Position numbers and translations under genes: made by a program. Below are positions 35,787-52,532 of a DNA stretch of 64,000 nt, piece after piece. Numbering within the stretch: position 1 is the first letter of the stretch; the number at the start of each line of letters is the position of its first letter. The stretch is from the human T2T-CHM13v2.0 reference genome, Homo sapiens. Below the pieces are notes generated by a model. That model made no database searches, had not been told where the DNA came from, and saw only the letters and a program-made list of their open reading frames with translations. The stretch is from NCBI RefSeq assembly GCF_009914755.1, contig NC_060930.1, one strand, 5' to 3'.

Positions 35787-38977
<3,191 letters not shown>

Positions 38978-39809
38978 ACAGCACCTTACTTGTAACAGCA
39001 GGAAATGGAGTAAAGAGCCAAACATCCATCAACTGGTGAACTGGTACATCCAACAGCATACTGCCTTGTAAGAAAAGAGCATTAACTACTGATGCACACG
39101 CACAGATGAGTGTCAAAATAGCCTTCAGTGAAAGCAAACTGACTCCATTTATAGAAAATCCTTGAAAAGTCTGCAGTGACAAAGATCAGTGATTGCCTGG
39201 GAGTTGACAGGAGGGACCCTCTACCTTAGGTTTTTGTTGAGACGAAAGGCAAAGCCCTTAAACATCTTTGGGGCCCAACTGATAGCATCCGAGGCCCACC
39301 CTTGAATCTTTGGAGGGCCTAGTCTGAATTCAGCCTCTTAGGATTTCCCCATATTCGTAATTGAAACTGAAACATAACTAACTTTGGAATTAAGGAATAA
39401 AGACATCCTTGTTCTGGGCTCTTGTTATTAGCACAAATGTTTGACTGCAGCCAAGATGGCATCTTATTCTATACAATTTAAATCCTTCTAGCTTTTTGAG
39501 GGGGATGGGGTGCTATTTAATCCATAGTTCAGCTGGTTTAGTGATAGACAAATTAGCACATCAGTATTTATCAGTGTCTTTTATGGTCTTCCTGTATTGA
39601 ATCATCTCGAGATGTTTATCTCAAGACCCAACCCCACAACTACTGAATTAAGCTATTAAGTGGGAAAAACCGGGATCAGGGTACTGCCCAAAAATCTCAC
39701 AAGCTCCCCAGAAAAACCATCACAAAAATCCATTCAATGCCTTCACACAAATGCAGTCTACTGCAGCTTCCTAATTCAGTTGTTTCCAGGATTACAATGT
39801 TTATAAAAG

Positions 39810-40456
39810 GTATACATTAAGCTTACAATTTTATTGAGCAAAATTTATTTTTATATGTACATACAAGAGACATATTCTTTGACATATAAAAAATACAGAA
39901 ATATTTACATGTATACAAAAATATTAAAACAGATTTCAGAAATAAGGAAAACAAGCAAGTTTTTACAAAGGATACTTTCTTGGGAAATACACACAATGAA
40001 AAAAAGCTTTAGAAAGGTGACAACACATTTAATAGACTCCAGAAGTTGATATTTCTGTTGGTATCAATTGAGTAAGAGGAACATAAAATGTCTGAAATGC
40101 TAACAGATGGAAAACCAGACATATTTAAGACTGTCTAGGTAAAATTGCATGGGTTTCCTTTACCATAAAATTGAATCAATTTTTTTTTACCCTCAGTATC
40201 ACTATCTACTTTTCCTTTTTTCTTAAAATATTTAAATTGTTTGATTTGTATTGAGAATTTTAAACTTTTTCTCATTAAATTGTAAAAATATTTTAAGAGG
40301 TTGTCTATCCTCTTTATCTTCTGGGGGGAAAAAAACCTCAGGATACTACACCGATTTCAACATAAAATTGAAAATCACAATACAATTTTTTTTAAGTTAA
40401 AACCTAACATTTTCTAACTAACATTCATGATCAGTAACAATTGATTTAATAAGAGA
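39810..40456 (-). other. FBXO5: FBXO5 3' UTR (cleavage site approximate)
   Basis: AU-rich region after the stop; two AATAAA on the minus strand (39844-39849 and 39830-39835). Confidence 0.85.
39830..39849 (-). terminator. FBXO5 polyadenylation signals (two AATAAA)
   Basis: Plus-strand TTTATT twice; UGUA motifs just upstream in the transcript. Confidence 0.85.
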
Positions 40457-40708
40457 TCACAATCTTCGTAAATTCTTTTTGCTTTTCTTTGTACCAGGCA
40501 GGGGACCTATTTTACAACTGGCTTTGAGGAGCTTGCCATCTGAACAGTCTTTAGTAGTATGATAATTACAGAGACACTTCGTACAATAATCAAATCCACA
40601 GCCTTCTCGTTTGCAGGTTGCCCGTTGTAAATAGCAATCATATTTTGCAGGTGAATTACAGCGAATACAGGCTTTGAGGCTTTCGTTCTTTTTCAATGTC
40701 TTGGCAAC
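40457..40708 (-). CDS. FBXO5: FBXO5 coding exon 5 (zinc-binding region and RL tail, ends KKNLRRL*)
   Basis: Acceptor TTTTAG|GTT; 252 nt; five exons total 1344 nt = 447 aa + stop. Confidence 0.98.
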   Translation of the reverse strand, partial: VAKTLKKNESLKACIRCNSPAKYDCYLQRATCKREGCGFDYCTKCLCNYHTTKDCSDGKLLKASCKIGPLPGTKKSKKNLRRL

Positions 40709-41565
40709 CTAAAAAGAAAAAAAAAACCCATTAACAAATTTCAGCAAGAATTACATGTACTTTAGTTAATAAAACCAAGGACACCCTTGCACCTTCCCCA
40801 ATTCATGTATGAAATATCACTGTCACACATACGATAACTACTGCCCTAACTATTGCCCTTTATCTATGCAGTATCTGATAGATGCTCAATAAATGCTTTT
40901 TGAATAAATCTGTATGTTGCATTAGTCATTATGGCATAAAATTTAAGAATAGTTTTATTATGTAGGATTTATATTTACTGATCAACATGAATCAGAAAAT
41001 ATTCTATAATTTTGGTAAGTTATCTAAATTAAGCTTGCAAAGTTATCTACATTTGAGTAGAAATTTTAGCACACATCATTCACTGATCTGAAGGTATAAT
41101 AGAAGGCCTTCAAGTTCAGAAAGCTTGCCTTTTTCCACTTAACTCTCTTCCTCGGTTCTTAAAAGCGGAAAATGCAAAATGTAGTACTGAGTAATTTTAT
41201 AAGAAATCTAGGTTTTTCATTATTTCCTCAGTGTTTCTAAATTAGAACTCAAAATCACTGAACTTTCAAACAATGCCAAGCAGTACCTAATATTCATAGA
41301 AATACATTTCTACGTACTTTCCTAATTTCATGTTTCTTTTGTTTTCCACATTGAGAGCGAAATGAAGAGGACACTAATGAAATCCCTAATAGTTCTAATT
41401 ATACTATAATTAAATTTAAATGATCATTAATATCAGGTTTCTTAATGTCAGAGAATAAATTAGTTATTATCTAGAGCAAAGTTACATTTTGACCTTGAAA
41501 GTTCTTTTACATTTCTTACTCTAAATCTCTTATGTTTTAAGATTTATGATTAGACAAAAAATTAC

Positions 41566-41748
41566 CTCAGAGAATTCATTGTGTCGACTATAAGTAGAAC
41601 CTTTCTGATCACCTTGATTGGATAACTTGGTTTGAGCATCTTTTTTGAGAGAAGTCTGGGCTGCTGATTTCTGAACAGAAGCCAGTGGGGTTCTGAACAT
41701 AACATATTCTCTGGTTGAAGCATGAGGTGAAAATTTATTGTTGTTTTC
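41566..41748 (-). CDS. FBXO5: FBXO5 coding exon 4 (D-box RTPL)
   Basis: Acceptor TTAG|GAA, donor GAG|GTAATT; 183 nt, ENNNKFSPHASTREYVMFRTPLASV...HNEFSE. Confidence 0.97.
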
Positions 41749-42339
41749 CTAATTTAAAAAAAAGTTTTAATAGAATTTAGAAATTATTTCCTGTATCCTC
41801 AATGAGACATTTTTATGTTTGTACATATAAGAAATGACAAACAAGATTAGGTAAGAGACTTATCCCTACATGCAATTTACCTGCACGTACTTAAACAAAG
41901 CAAAACCTAAATACTCACACATATCAAGCCTAACTTATAGACAGAAACTGTGAACCAAATACTATGGGAAATCACTTTAGATGCAGTCTATATGGTACTT
42001 AATACCTAAAAAGTAAAACAGCTTTTCCAAATTTTCCAGATGTTATAAAATACACATACACACAACTGGCAACTAAGATTGACTAAATGGTCGACTCTAT
42101 CTGAGAAATGAGTAATTTTCCCTTTGTTACTTTAGACATTCTATTTCTAGGAAGAATCCAAGAAATAAATGTTGAGTTGAGATTTCTTTATTTTTGAATG
42201 TGGTTTCTAAGTTCCAGTATAAGGCTGAAATACTTTATGACTGTAAAGAAGGGTTTCCAGATTACCTCTTTTCTTTTCTATTTCTAGAAGAGCACTAACA
42301 GTGCATTTTTAACTAAAAACATCATCTGCAAACACTTAC

Positions 42340-42430
42340 GGTAACTCTTTGTATTGCTTTACTGTACAACTGGAATGCCCCCTTATCATCTTCTAGGATC
42401 TTCTTCCAAGTTGTGCTCACTTTAGACACA
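42340..42430 (-). CDS. FBXO5: FBXO5 coding exon 3 (NVSKVSTTWKKILEDDKGAFQLYSKAIQRVT)
   Basis: Acceptor TTTTCCAG|T, donor ACC|GTAAGT; 91 nt, restores phase 0; hand translation. Confidence 0.97.
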
Positions 42431-42886
42431 CTGGAAAAGTAAATCACCATAAATGAAATAATTAAAGCATCACAAAGAGCTAAGATGAATACAGTAGAAA
42501 AACATCAGCAGTGCAAAAAGATATTTTATATTATTAGTGCTTCTCAAACCTGACCACATTACAATTGCCTGGCGGTTTTAACTGGTCTAAAATGAAGCTC
42601 AGGGCTCTGTATTTTTAAAAAGCTCCCTCCTCATTAAGTAATTCTGAGTGCATTGAGGCTTAAGAACCACTGCTTTGTACAGTATTTTTTCACAATATCT
42701 GCAAACATCAAATAGTAGCCCCCACTGTATATATGATACCATGTTAGCTATCTGGTAAAAGTAATAGACAAATTTCAAAGTACTCTAGGCACACTGCTAT
42801 TAGAAATCAACTTTAGAAACTCACTATGTTAACAGAAAAAGTAGAATCTGTGGTACTGATTTGACTGTCCCTCAAGAAGCTGTTTA

Positions 42887-43167
<281 letters not shown>

Positions 43168-43901
43168 AAGAAGCTGTTTATATCTGTTTTGCTTTAGCTC
43201 TGTTTCATAAAGACCAGTGTAAACTCACACTTGCAAAGAGTACCTCTAGATAATTTTTCAAAAAGCCAAAAAAAAAAAAACAACTCCAGTTAAGTCCTAT
43301 CTAATTCTAGCCTGCATAATCACCTTAATTCTCAAAGTTATCTGACTAAGTGATTTTCCTTGGTAGATTGAGAAAGAAATGGTGGTTAGCACCAGGTTTC
43401 TAAGAAATTGTCATAAACAGAGCCTGGGAGGTGGAGGTTGCAGTAAGCCAAGATTGCACCATTGCGCTCCAGCCTGGGTGACTGGAGTGAAACCCTGTCT
43501 CAAAAAAAAAAAAAAGTCACAAATCTCTATTTGTGGATCTTTATATTTTCATCACTGTCAAATCTAGGAGAGCCCTAGCACCAAAAATGGCTTAGAAAGA
43601 ACAAAAATTACTTCATACTTTCTGGTGTGACAAGTCATAATGCCTATTAGACATGTAGACTGGAACTAGGCTGTTTTACAGTTAAGCCCCAAAGATGTAA
43701 CTTACATATTAGAAATTTCAAAACTAAAAGGAACAAGGATCCTAATCCAACAGAAATAGTTTTGTAATAGCATGAATATAAAATTTGAAATGACTAGGTT
43801 AAATGCATAATTCAAGTTTTCTTTCATCTTAGTGGCACATAGGTAGCAAAACACCAGCAAGTCATTACCGCAATTAAACAACATTGTAAGGTTATCTACA
43901 A

Positions 43902-44109
43902 CAGGTTGAGCATCTCTAATCCAAAAATCTGAAAACTTTTGAATGCTGACATGATGCTCAAAGGAAATGCACATTGGAGCACTTGCGGATTTTGGATTAG
44001 GGATGTTCAACTGTTTAACCTGTAGGGTATAATACAAATATTCCAAAATTTGAAAAACATCTGAAATCCTTCTGGTACTAAGCATTTCAGATGAGGGACA
44101 CTCAACCTG
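43902..44109. mobile_element. Tigger4a/MER46A MITE in FBXO5 intron 2
   Basis: TIRs CAGGTTGAG..CTCAACCTG. Confidence 0.85.
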
Positions 44110-44201
44110 TACAACAGCCTTTGCATGAGCTGGTGGTACTGAGCCACTAACAGCAATGTTCAGTGTATTATGCTAATATGTATATTCAAAACAGTACTTA
44201 C

Positions 44202-44916
44202 TTGATTAAGTCCATGTCACTGAGTTGTGCTAAAATAGTTGCTAAGACATGTCTGAGTCCCCTTCGAAAGAGTTCGCTGAGAATATCTACACATTCTAGG
44301 CCCATTTTTCTGCCAATTATATTCTGCAGTCTAAAATTTCCTCTGGCTATAATTTCCTTCAGCATCTCCCGATCTACTTTAGGATTTCGTTTTGCATTCT
44401 TTTTTAATGTTGAACAAACCACTTTTTCAAAATGAAGAACTGGCAGCAAGTTTTTGTTGGGATATTGGTCTGGGCTTTGTATTTGTAGCAGGCAGGATTG
44501 TAGACTGTCACCGAAATTCTCCTCCAGGAGGCTACCTTCTTCATGTTCACTGAGGCCACTTTGTAGAGAAAATGAGGAATAGCCACTGTCTTCATAAAGT
44601 CTACTGGTCTCTAGTGCTTCTATTTCATTTGTACTATTAAGTGTCTGTTGCACATGTTGATTTTCCTTGTTATGCAAGCGCTTGCTTTCAGTTTCAAGTT
44701 CTACAATCCTAGGGCTCACAATCGGTGACCCAATACATGACAGCCTTTCATAGTCTTTAATGCAGTCTTTACAGGAACCTTCCAAATATGCAGGGGTGTA
44801 GGAAACTAGTCTTCCAATGTCATCAGGTTTTACCAGTTTAAGTCCGGAATGAACATGGTTACAATTAAAATCACACTTCATTTTGACAGAAAGGGTAGAA
44901 CTTTCTTCTTTACAAC
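44202..44916 (-). CDS. FBXO5: FBXO5 coding exon 2 (KEN, DSGYSS beta-TrCP degron at 44573-44590, start of F-box)
   Basis: Acceptor TAG|GTTGT, donor AA|GTAAGT; 715 nt; lies in ORF 44198-44962 (CKEESSTLSVKMKCDF...LSDMDLI). Confidence 0.98.
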
Positions 44917-47671
44917 CTATAAAAAGAACATAACATTTACATCTTAATGGCAAAATTTCCACACATCCCTACTTCTTAAATTGGGATATACAAAGATTAC
45001 TTTGCAATCTCTCAGCATTAGGTATTGTCTACATGTACTTGCTTACATAGCTGTGATGTTATTCAAGTTTAATTATTGATATGACAATAATATGTGAAAA
45101 TATTACTTAAATCTTATAAGTACATACATATTATATTATTCTTGAGAAGGCACTTCAGAACAGACTGCTTTTGGATCTGCCTGGCTGTAACACCTGACTG
45201 TTGTCTATAACTGATTGAGTAAAAAATAGTGGAAAAAGGGGCTATATAATAAACATCTGTGTTTATGGAACAAATGAAGAAATGTGATGTATCAAAAGAG
45301 TAGGCGCTATGGTCAAAGTTATCCTTAAAGTAACCACAAATACTTTTAGATTCAGTGTTTATTCCTTGGACTTGAAATGACATTATGGTTCTCTTTGACG
45401 TAAGCACAACCCAAGCCACTGACAGCAAAAGTGGTTAAGATTAGTACAGGAGGACAAGGTATAAGGGTGGGAATAATCTTGATAAAAATAATAAAAATTT
45501 TGTGTATTATTTCACTATTAACAATGATTGCAAGCCTTAAAATAACTATTCAAGAAATCTATAGGTAGCTTGGAGAAAAGAACTAATAACACATTTAAAC
45601 ATCTATAAATTAAAGTCTACCTGAATTCCCACAGCTCTTATCTCCAAGTTTTATTCTGATGGGTGCTCCTGGTGACCTTCTAATATATTCAAAGCGTTTG
45701 TCTACCTTACTGGATAGTAAACTCGAGTACCGGGACATCTCCCTGTACCTTGTCTAATATGTGCTGGAAACTGCTCTTTAATCACTGAACAAAGACATTC
45801 CACGACTAATTTACCAAAGAACCGTAAGTATGAATAGTTCTGCTATCAATCAAAAGTAAGTGTTGGTAAATAAGAATGACACTCTAATCAATTAACCAGA
45901 TTTAAGAATATGAGTGATAGGGCAGCAGGTGTAAATTACTGTTCAATTGCTTTAAATAACTTAAGATAAACTTGCTATTAATGATAAATAGAAAAAAGGG
46001 AAAGACTTGTTCAGGGTTTTATTACCACCCTGCTCCAACCCCCAGGATCTAAGAAATCAGTTAAGACACAATGGAGCAGGCAGCATCTTAAGATAGCTTT
46101 AAAGCAAGATTTCACCATCCCTGTGCTACAGACATTTTGCAGTGAATACCTCTTTGTTCTCAGGGACTGTCCTGTGCATTGTAGGATGTTAAGCAGCCTT
46201 TACCCATTAGACACCAGTGGCAGCCCCCACTCCCAAGATGCAATGTCTCCAGTTACCAGTTATTGCCAAATACTGGGCAGGGAAAAAGGCCAGATGCAAA
46301 ATTTCCTCTATTCTTCAGTTGAGAACCACAACTCTAAAAAATGATTAGGATTTTGTCAGACAACAGTGGCCTGGGAAGGGCATTCACAATTTGAGCAACG
46401 GCACAATGCTGGGAAGGAATATGGTAGATGGGTTCAGAAAACTGTTTAGCATTGTTGAAGGCAGAGAGTAAGAGTAGGCAAACAATGGGGACATGAGCTA
46501 AGAAAGCCTGAATCTTAAATGCCAGGTTAAAATGTGCCCCATCTACCATCCCCACACAAGCCAATCATATATAGCTAACAATTTATCCTGTAAGTAAATG
46601 TATACAGCATCAGTATGTTTAGTCTGCACTAAATATTGGTAATGCGTTCATATAAAACTTAACCATTTTTTACATAGAGCAAAACTTTTTAACTCAAAGT
46701 AGAAATGGATACCTTCATAGAAAGTAACTTGTAGAGAGAAACTGCTTGTAAATTCCCAATGTTAATACAGTGAAAGACACATAGTATGTGCTCCAGGATC
46801 CTACTAAACCTAAAATTAAGGGTTCAGCTGCATAAAAAGCAAAGAATATACAAATTCTAGCTCCCTAATTAACCCTAAACCTAGAACAAATGATTCTGAG
46901 TGGTTTAGTTTTATTCAGAGGAAAAGTAAAAAATGCCAAGAGATTGCCTCTATTTTTGCCTCAAATCAACTAAAGAATTAGGTTTGATTTATATATGACC
47001 ACAATTTACATGACAGGATAAAAAAGCAGAAGCCACTTATGAAGGGCACACTCTGCTTTGTTTAGCTGCCTAAACCAAAAAGGCCTGAAAATACTTCAGG
47101 AATTCAAAGTCATTCTCTTTCTGCTGTCTTTAGAACAGTTACTGGGGGGTTGTCCTATAGAACCTCTTTCATTCAACACTGTTCTTTGAATATGGACAGT
47201 TCCTTAAAATTAGAGCTAATAATGATGCAAATCCTTTATATTTGTTTAGAAGTTTGCAATTTCCAATGCTTACAAACCTTTTGAGGTAGGATGGGGAATT
47301 GTTATTTTTACAATTGAGCACACTGAAGTGTAGCTTAGTTTGCCCAATACAGGCAGTTAATTAAATGAGCCAGATTTCTCTTCCTCATTATAATGAGGTG
47401 CTCTGGAAAAACAGATCTTACAAATAACATTCATACTGTTTATAAAAATGATAGAAAAGTCAGAATTTATGTTGCAAGCGCACTTAAGGTACTAAAGAAG
47501 AAAATGTGTACGTTTCTTTTCTCATGTGAGCTGGCCCTTTTCCAGTCCTTAGTAACAATGACCTTTCCATCCCAGGGGCTTTGTACATCATGCCTTTCCC
47601 TGCTTAGAATCTTTTCCACTTCCTTTGCTTATTTAGCTTCTAATCCATTACTCATGGAGAGCTTCATTTTT

Positions 47672-47699
47672 GGGGGGGGGGGGGGGGGGGGGGCGGGGG
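47672..47699 (+). repeat. Poly-G tract (G22-C-G5)
   Basis: Read directly. Confidence 0.95.
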
Positions 47700-47998
47700 A
47701 CTTCTCAGACCTCATCAAACTCTACTCTAAAGCACTACCAAATTGAAATTTTAAAAAGTACTTTAATTTCCTTAAAGGCCAGACATAACTGTTACTGCTT
47801 ATGACAAAATCCAAGCAAATGGCAGTGCCTGACACAATGAAGACATATGATATAAAAATGTGTTTCCCATTTTTTTTTGTTAGCTAATACCAACATTAGA
47901 ATCTGTACTCTTCCTCACGAAATTAGCACTTAAGGAGTTAAAATGACTACCACGTTCCTCTTGCAACAACAGTATTTTCACATGGATAATTAGATTTA

Positions 47999-48338
<340 letters not shown>

Positions 48339-51300
48339 TTAATAAACTTATTTGAATTCACAGAAAAGCTGCAAGGATAGTGCAGAATTCCTGTACACCC
48401 ATTGCTTAACTTATATTACTAACAGTAATGCATGTCACAACAAATTAACCAATATTGTTGCATTATTAACTAAAATCCCTATTTTATGTGGACTGCTGTA
48501 GTTTCTACCTAAAATCTTTTTTCTGTTCCCGGGTCTTATCCAGGATACATTACATTTAGTCATCATATCTCCTTAGGCTCCTCTTGACTATGACAATTTC
48601 CTTGTTTATAATTACCTTGACAACTCTGAGAAATACTGGTTATTTTGTAGCCTGTTCCACAATTAGGATTTGTCAAGTTTTTCTCAGCCTTAGTCTGGGG
48701 CTGTGGGTTTTTAGACCAGAGGTAAGGTGCTATGATTTGAACTGTTGTTAGCCTTGATTACTTGGCTGAGGTAGTATTTCTGAGCTTGCTCCAAATGTAA
48801 AGTTACTCCTTTTTGTTCTTTTTCCATTTGAAACTTTTTGGAAGGAAGTCACTATGTACACCTCACACTTAAAGGAGTGGGGAGTAAATTTATAAATCAT
48901 TTGGAATTCTTCTTTACAGCAGATTTGTCCATTAATCTCCTATTTATTCATACTACCAATCATTTATATCAGTATAAACTCATAGACTTTGGGTTATAAT
49001 CCAATACTATTTACTGTATTGCTCAAATTGTTCCAGCTTTTGCTATTGTGAGCTCTTGCAGTTGACATTGGTGTCCATTTCACATACTTAAATCATTTTG
49101 TGTTTTGAACATCCCTTACTTTCTGGGACTACAAGATGCTCTAAGTGCATCTTATAATTTCCGTTTCAGCCCTAGAATCAGTCATTTCTCCAAGCACTGT
49201 GGTTTCCTTTTTTTTGGAAAAAGGTATTAAATGAGAGTGAAATCTGGATGTTGGTTGTAGATTTAATTTTAAAATATGAAATTAATGTATTTTTCATTTC
49301 CATAACAATACTGCAGAAGAAATAGAATAGCATCATATTTTATAAAAATGGAAGCTGAAGCAACTGTTTGCAAAAGGTTAAATCCATTCCTTTTAACTAG
49401 CTAAGTGTTTTCCAATGACCAGGCCAAATTTGGGAAATATGTGAAGTATTCATATAATTATTATCCAGAAAGACAGAAAACATTATATGGCTTCATAACC
49501 TCTTGAATGAAACAGATGAGGGCTAAGAGTTCAGTTGAACCATTTCACTTATTTATCCAACATCCATTCAGTGACAGGGTAGGGAGAGAGAAAGATATTA
49601 ATTAGGGATGATCTTTCAGCAAAGCTGACATTCTGAGATCTGAACACCTTATGGAAATCTGGTGGAGGAGTTCCAGATGGTGGGAAACACAGGAAGCAAG
49701 GAAAAATGTGAGTGTTCAAGGAAGAGAAATATCTGTAGGGCTGAGTTGGGGGAGGTTATTGAAAATTATAGTTGAAGAAGTAGAATGATCTGCAGATTTG
49801 TGGGGTAGGCTGGGTCAAAAGTGGAGAAATTTGGTTTACATTTTTAAAAGATCATTGGCAATTGTGGAGAATGAATTGCAGGAAGGTAAGTAGAAGCAGA
49901 GAGAATAGTTAGAAGTGTTTATGACAGAAGTAGAGTGTGGGAAACCCAGACTAGAAGGATTGTAGTGGAAATGAAAATAACTGCATAAATTCAAGGTCTG
50001 TTATTTAGAAGGGTAAAGTCAACTTGCTGCTAATCTACTAGATCTGGATATGAAGAAAAGGAGAGTAAAAAAACACCCTGGGGTTTAAGTCTTGAGTATC
50101 GAAGGTATACAGTGCTATTTACTGAGTATGGAAAACTGAAGAAGTTAACTCTTAAAACCTCACTTTCCTCATCCATAAAATGGGAGTAAGACAATGAAAC
50201 AGGACTAAATGCAAGGCAAAGTCCCTATCACAAGGGTCTAGTCAATACAATCTATTTTTAATCACATAAGCCAAATCCCTTCATATTCCTTACATTGACA
50301 ATCATTAACATTTGAAAGTAGTAAAACACATTTCACAAAGAAGTATATATTTCAGAGTAACACATACTTTTCCATTAGAATGTATAGATTTAAGAATCAG
50401 ATCCAAGTTTGAATGAAAATCCTTGCTTAGCCTTTTGACTAGCTTTGTGAACTTGGAATGTCCTATTCCTATTTTTCCCCCAAGTGCAGACACTAATAAG
50501 ACTCATACATGGCATTGTTTAAACTTCTCATTTACCAACTCCCAGCCCAGTCATATAGAGAAAAGTAAATTTTACAATGTTTGATCTTACATTTAACTTT
50601 TCAATATAGACCTGATCCTCCATATCAAATATCATAAATAAGGCTGCAGTCCTTAAAAATCTTTGTAACTCTTCTGTTAAATAATTAAGTTCCAGTCTCT
50701 AATACCTACAGATAACGACCATGTGGTCAACGTTAGGCATGGCTATTCCTTAAGAATTTAAGAGGCCCAATGCTTGTGACCATAAAGTAATCTTTAAGAG
50801 AAAATTTTACAAAAGCCTCCTTTGAAAACTACTTGGAAGTAACATATATGTATTTTTAATTTCATCTCCTCAAACCTGTAAACTGGGGAAAAAATTCCAA
50901 CAGGCAGTCATTTCTTTCTGAGGAGCAAGGTAGTAAAGACAATTAGAGTTATCAAAAAAGAAAAAAAAAAACCCTCATAAGGCCATCAAGCTTCAGAATT
51001 TCGATGGTAGACTGACGATCCAGGATCTTCTAGAAATATATTTAATCTATTAAAATTAAAATTAAGTATTTTTTTCTAGAGTTCTTTTTTAATAATAGAG
51101 TCATTACAAAATAGTACAATGCCGAATTGCTAAATTTTTTCATTTTGGGTTATTTCTCAGGTAAAAATAAGTGCATATAGATTTTATTTAGAGGTAGCAA
51201 CAAAGAGGATAAAAATAAGCATTTGAGTGCATTCCATTCTCTGCAAGCTTTGAAATAAAGGACTATCTAATTCTTCATGAGTTATCGGGAAAAAGTCACC

Positions 51301-51508
51301 AATTCTTCGATTCTTACAAAATCATCTTAATACTATGGACAAATTCAAGGTTCGTAGTAAAAATTGCTTTTTTTAAAGTCTTCCCTTTCCACTCCAGGCC
51401 CTGAGACTGGGTTAACGGGCAAAGGGAGAAAAAATTGGGAAAAAGTAACGTTTTTGTTTGGATGTCCCAGTTGAGTTTGGTCCAATGAGTTGGGGGGGTG
51501 TCTCTCCA

Positions 51509-51811
51509 TTTGGCGGGAGTGGGGAGGGAGACCCTGGAACTCCTGAGGGATCGGTGGGGCTGCCCCTCAGGGCGCGGGACACGCGGAGGAGGCGGGAGAT
51601 AACCGCGAGCGCGATCTCCCGCGCCCGCCAGCAAGGCTGGGACCGCGAAAAATCGGGGAAACTGCCTTTGGCTGTGAGGGTGCGGGGCAGATGTAGAAAA
51701 GGGGTGCAGGGGGAGAAGGTGAGGCACCTGGCCAGGCCCTGGGGGCTTCTCGCTCGCAGCCCTGTCACCGCCGGGGGCCCCGGGGTGGGGGAGGGGAGGG
51801 GCATTTGGCGC
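51509..51811. promoter_or_regulatory. E2F-consensus sites in FBXO5 intron 1 (TTTGGCGG 51509, CCGCGAAA 51643, TTTGGCGC 51804)
   Basis: Matches to TTTSSCGS; EMI1 is an established E2F target. Confidence 0.55.
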
Positions 51812-52155
51812 CTATTCAAGCAGGGTGGGGTAGGTGGGTCTTCCGAGGAGGAAAAAGGGCGCCCTGGGATGCCACGACCCGCACCTCCCGGGGCTGGAGT
51901 CCACGGTCGGCGTGGGTGGCGAGACCCCGCGGCCCGCCATCCCGCCCCTGCACATCTGGCTCTTCTGGCTTCCCCCCGACACCCAGCCGCCCTCCTCCCG
52001 GACCCAGGAACCGCTGCCGCCGCCCGAGGCCGGGCGTGTGGCATGGCCGCGCGTCCAGGCTCCGAGGGACGTCGGGTCAGGGTCTCAGGCTGCGACCCTC
52101 CCCGTGCACCCCTCCTGGCGTGCGCGCCCCCCTCGCGACCGCTCCCCTCACTCAC

Positions 52156-52258
52156 TATCCGAGGGTCGAGGGCGCCCGGCGGCTGTCACTGCGCTGGGGC
52201 TGGCGCTGCAGGAGCAGCGGGGTGGCCGTAGGGCGCAGCTGCAGGGGCGCCGGCTCAT
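52156..52258 (-). CDS. FBXO5: FBXO5 (EMI1) coding exon 1, MSRRPCSCALRPPRCSCSASPSAVTAAGRPRPSD
   Basis: ATG at 52258-52256; 103 nt (34 codons + 1); donor A|GTGAGT at 52155; peptide matches the human Emi1 N-terminus. Confidence 0.97.
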
Positions 52259-52374
52259 GCCAGCCGACGTGGAGTCTGCCTCAGGTGGAGGAACCGCTCC
52301 GGGGGCAGCTGAGCAACCTGCCTGCTTCACAGACCTGTATCTCTTAAAAGGCGCCAGCTGGTACTTTTAAAATC

Positions 52375-52481
52375 TTTGAATTTGGTGCCTAAATCCGCGC
52401 GGTCCAATGAGACGCGTCGCTTGCATGCGCGCACCAATAGGAGGGCAGTGGGTGGGGGCGCCCTCGTCCGCGCCCAATTGG
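52375..52481. promoter_or_regulatory. Cell-cycle core promoter: CHR (TTTGAA 52375-52380), three CCAAT boxes (52404, 52434, 52474), NRF1-like TGCATGCGCGCA (~52422-52433)
   Basis: Motifs read directly; NF-Y plus CHR is the typical DREAM/MMB-regulated promoter layout. Confidence 0.75.
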
Positions 52482-52532
52482 AGGCTGCCGAGGCGGGGCC
52501 GAGCCGCGAAGCCCAGCCCCCTTCCAGCTTAC

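Noticed and set aside
44917-44962. N-terminal part of ORF 44198-44962
   Set aside because: Intronic; the true acceptor is at 44917/44916
52259-52330. In-frame upstream GTG that would extend EMI1 by 24 aa
   Set aside because: The GTG is at or near the probable TSS; no evidence of use
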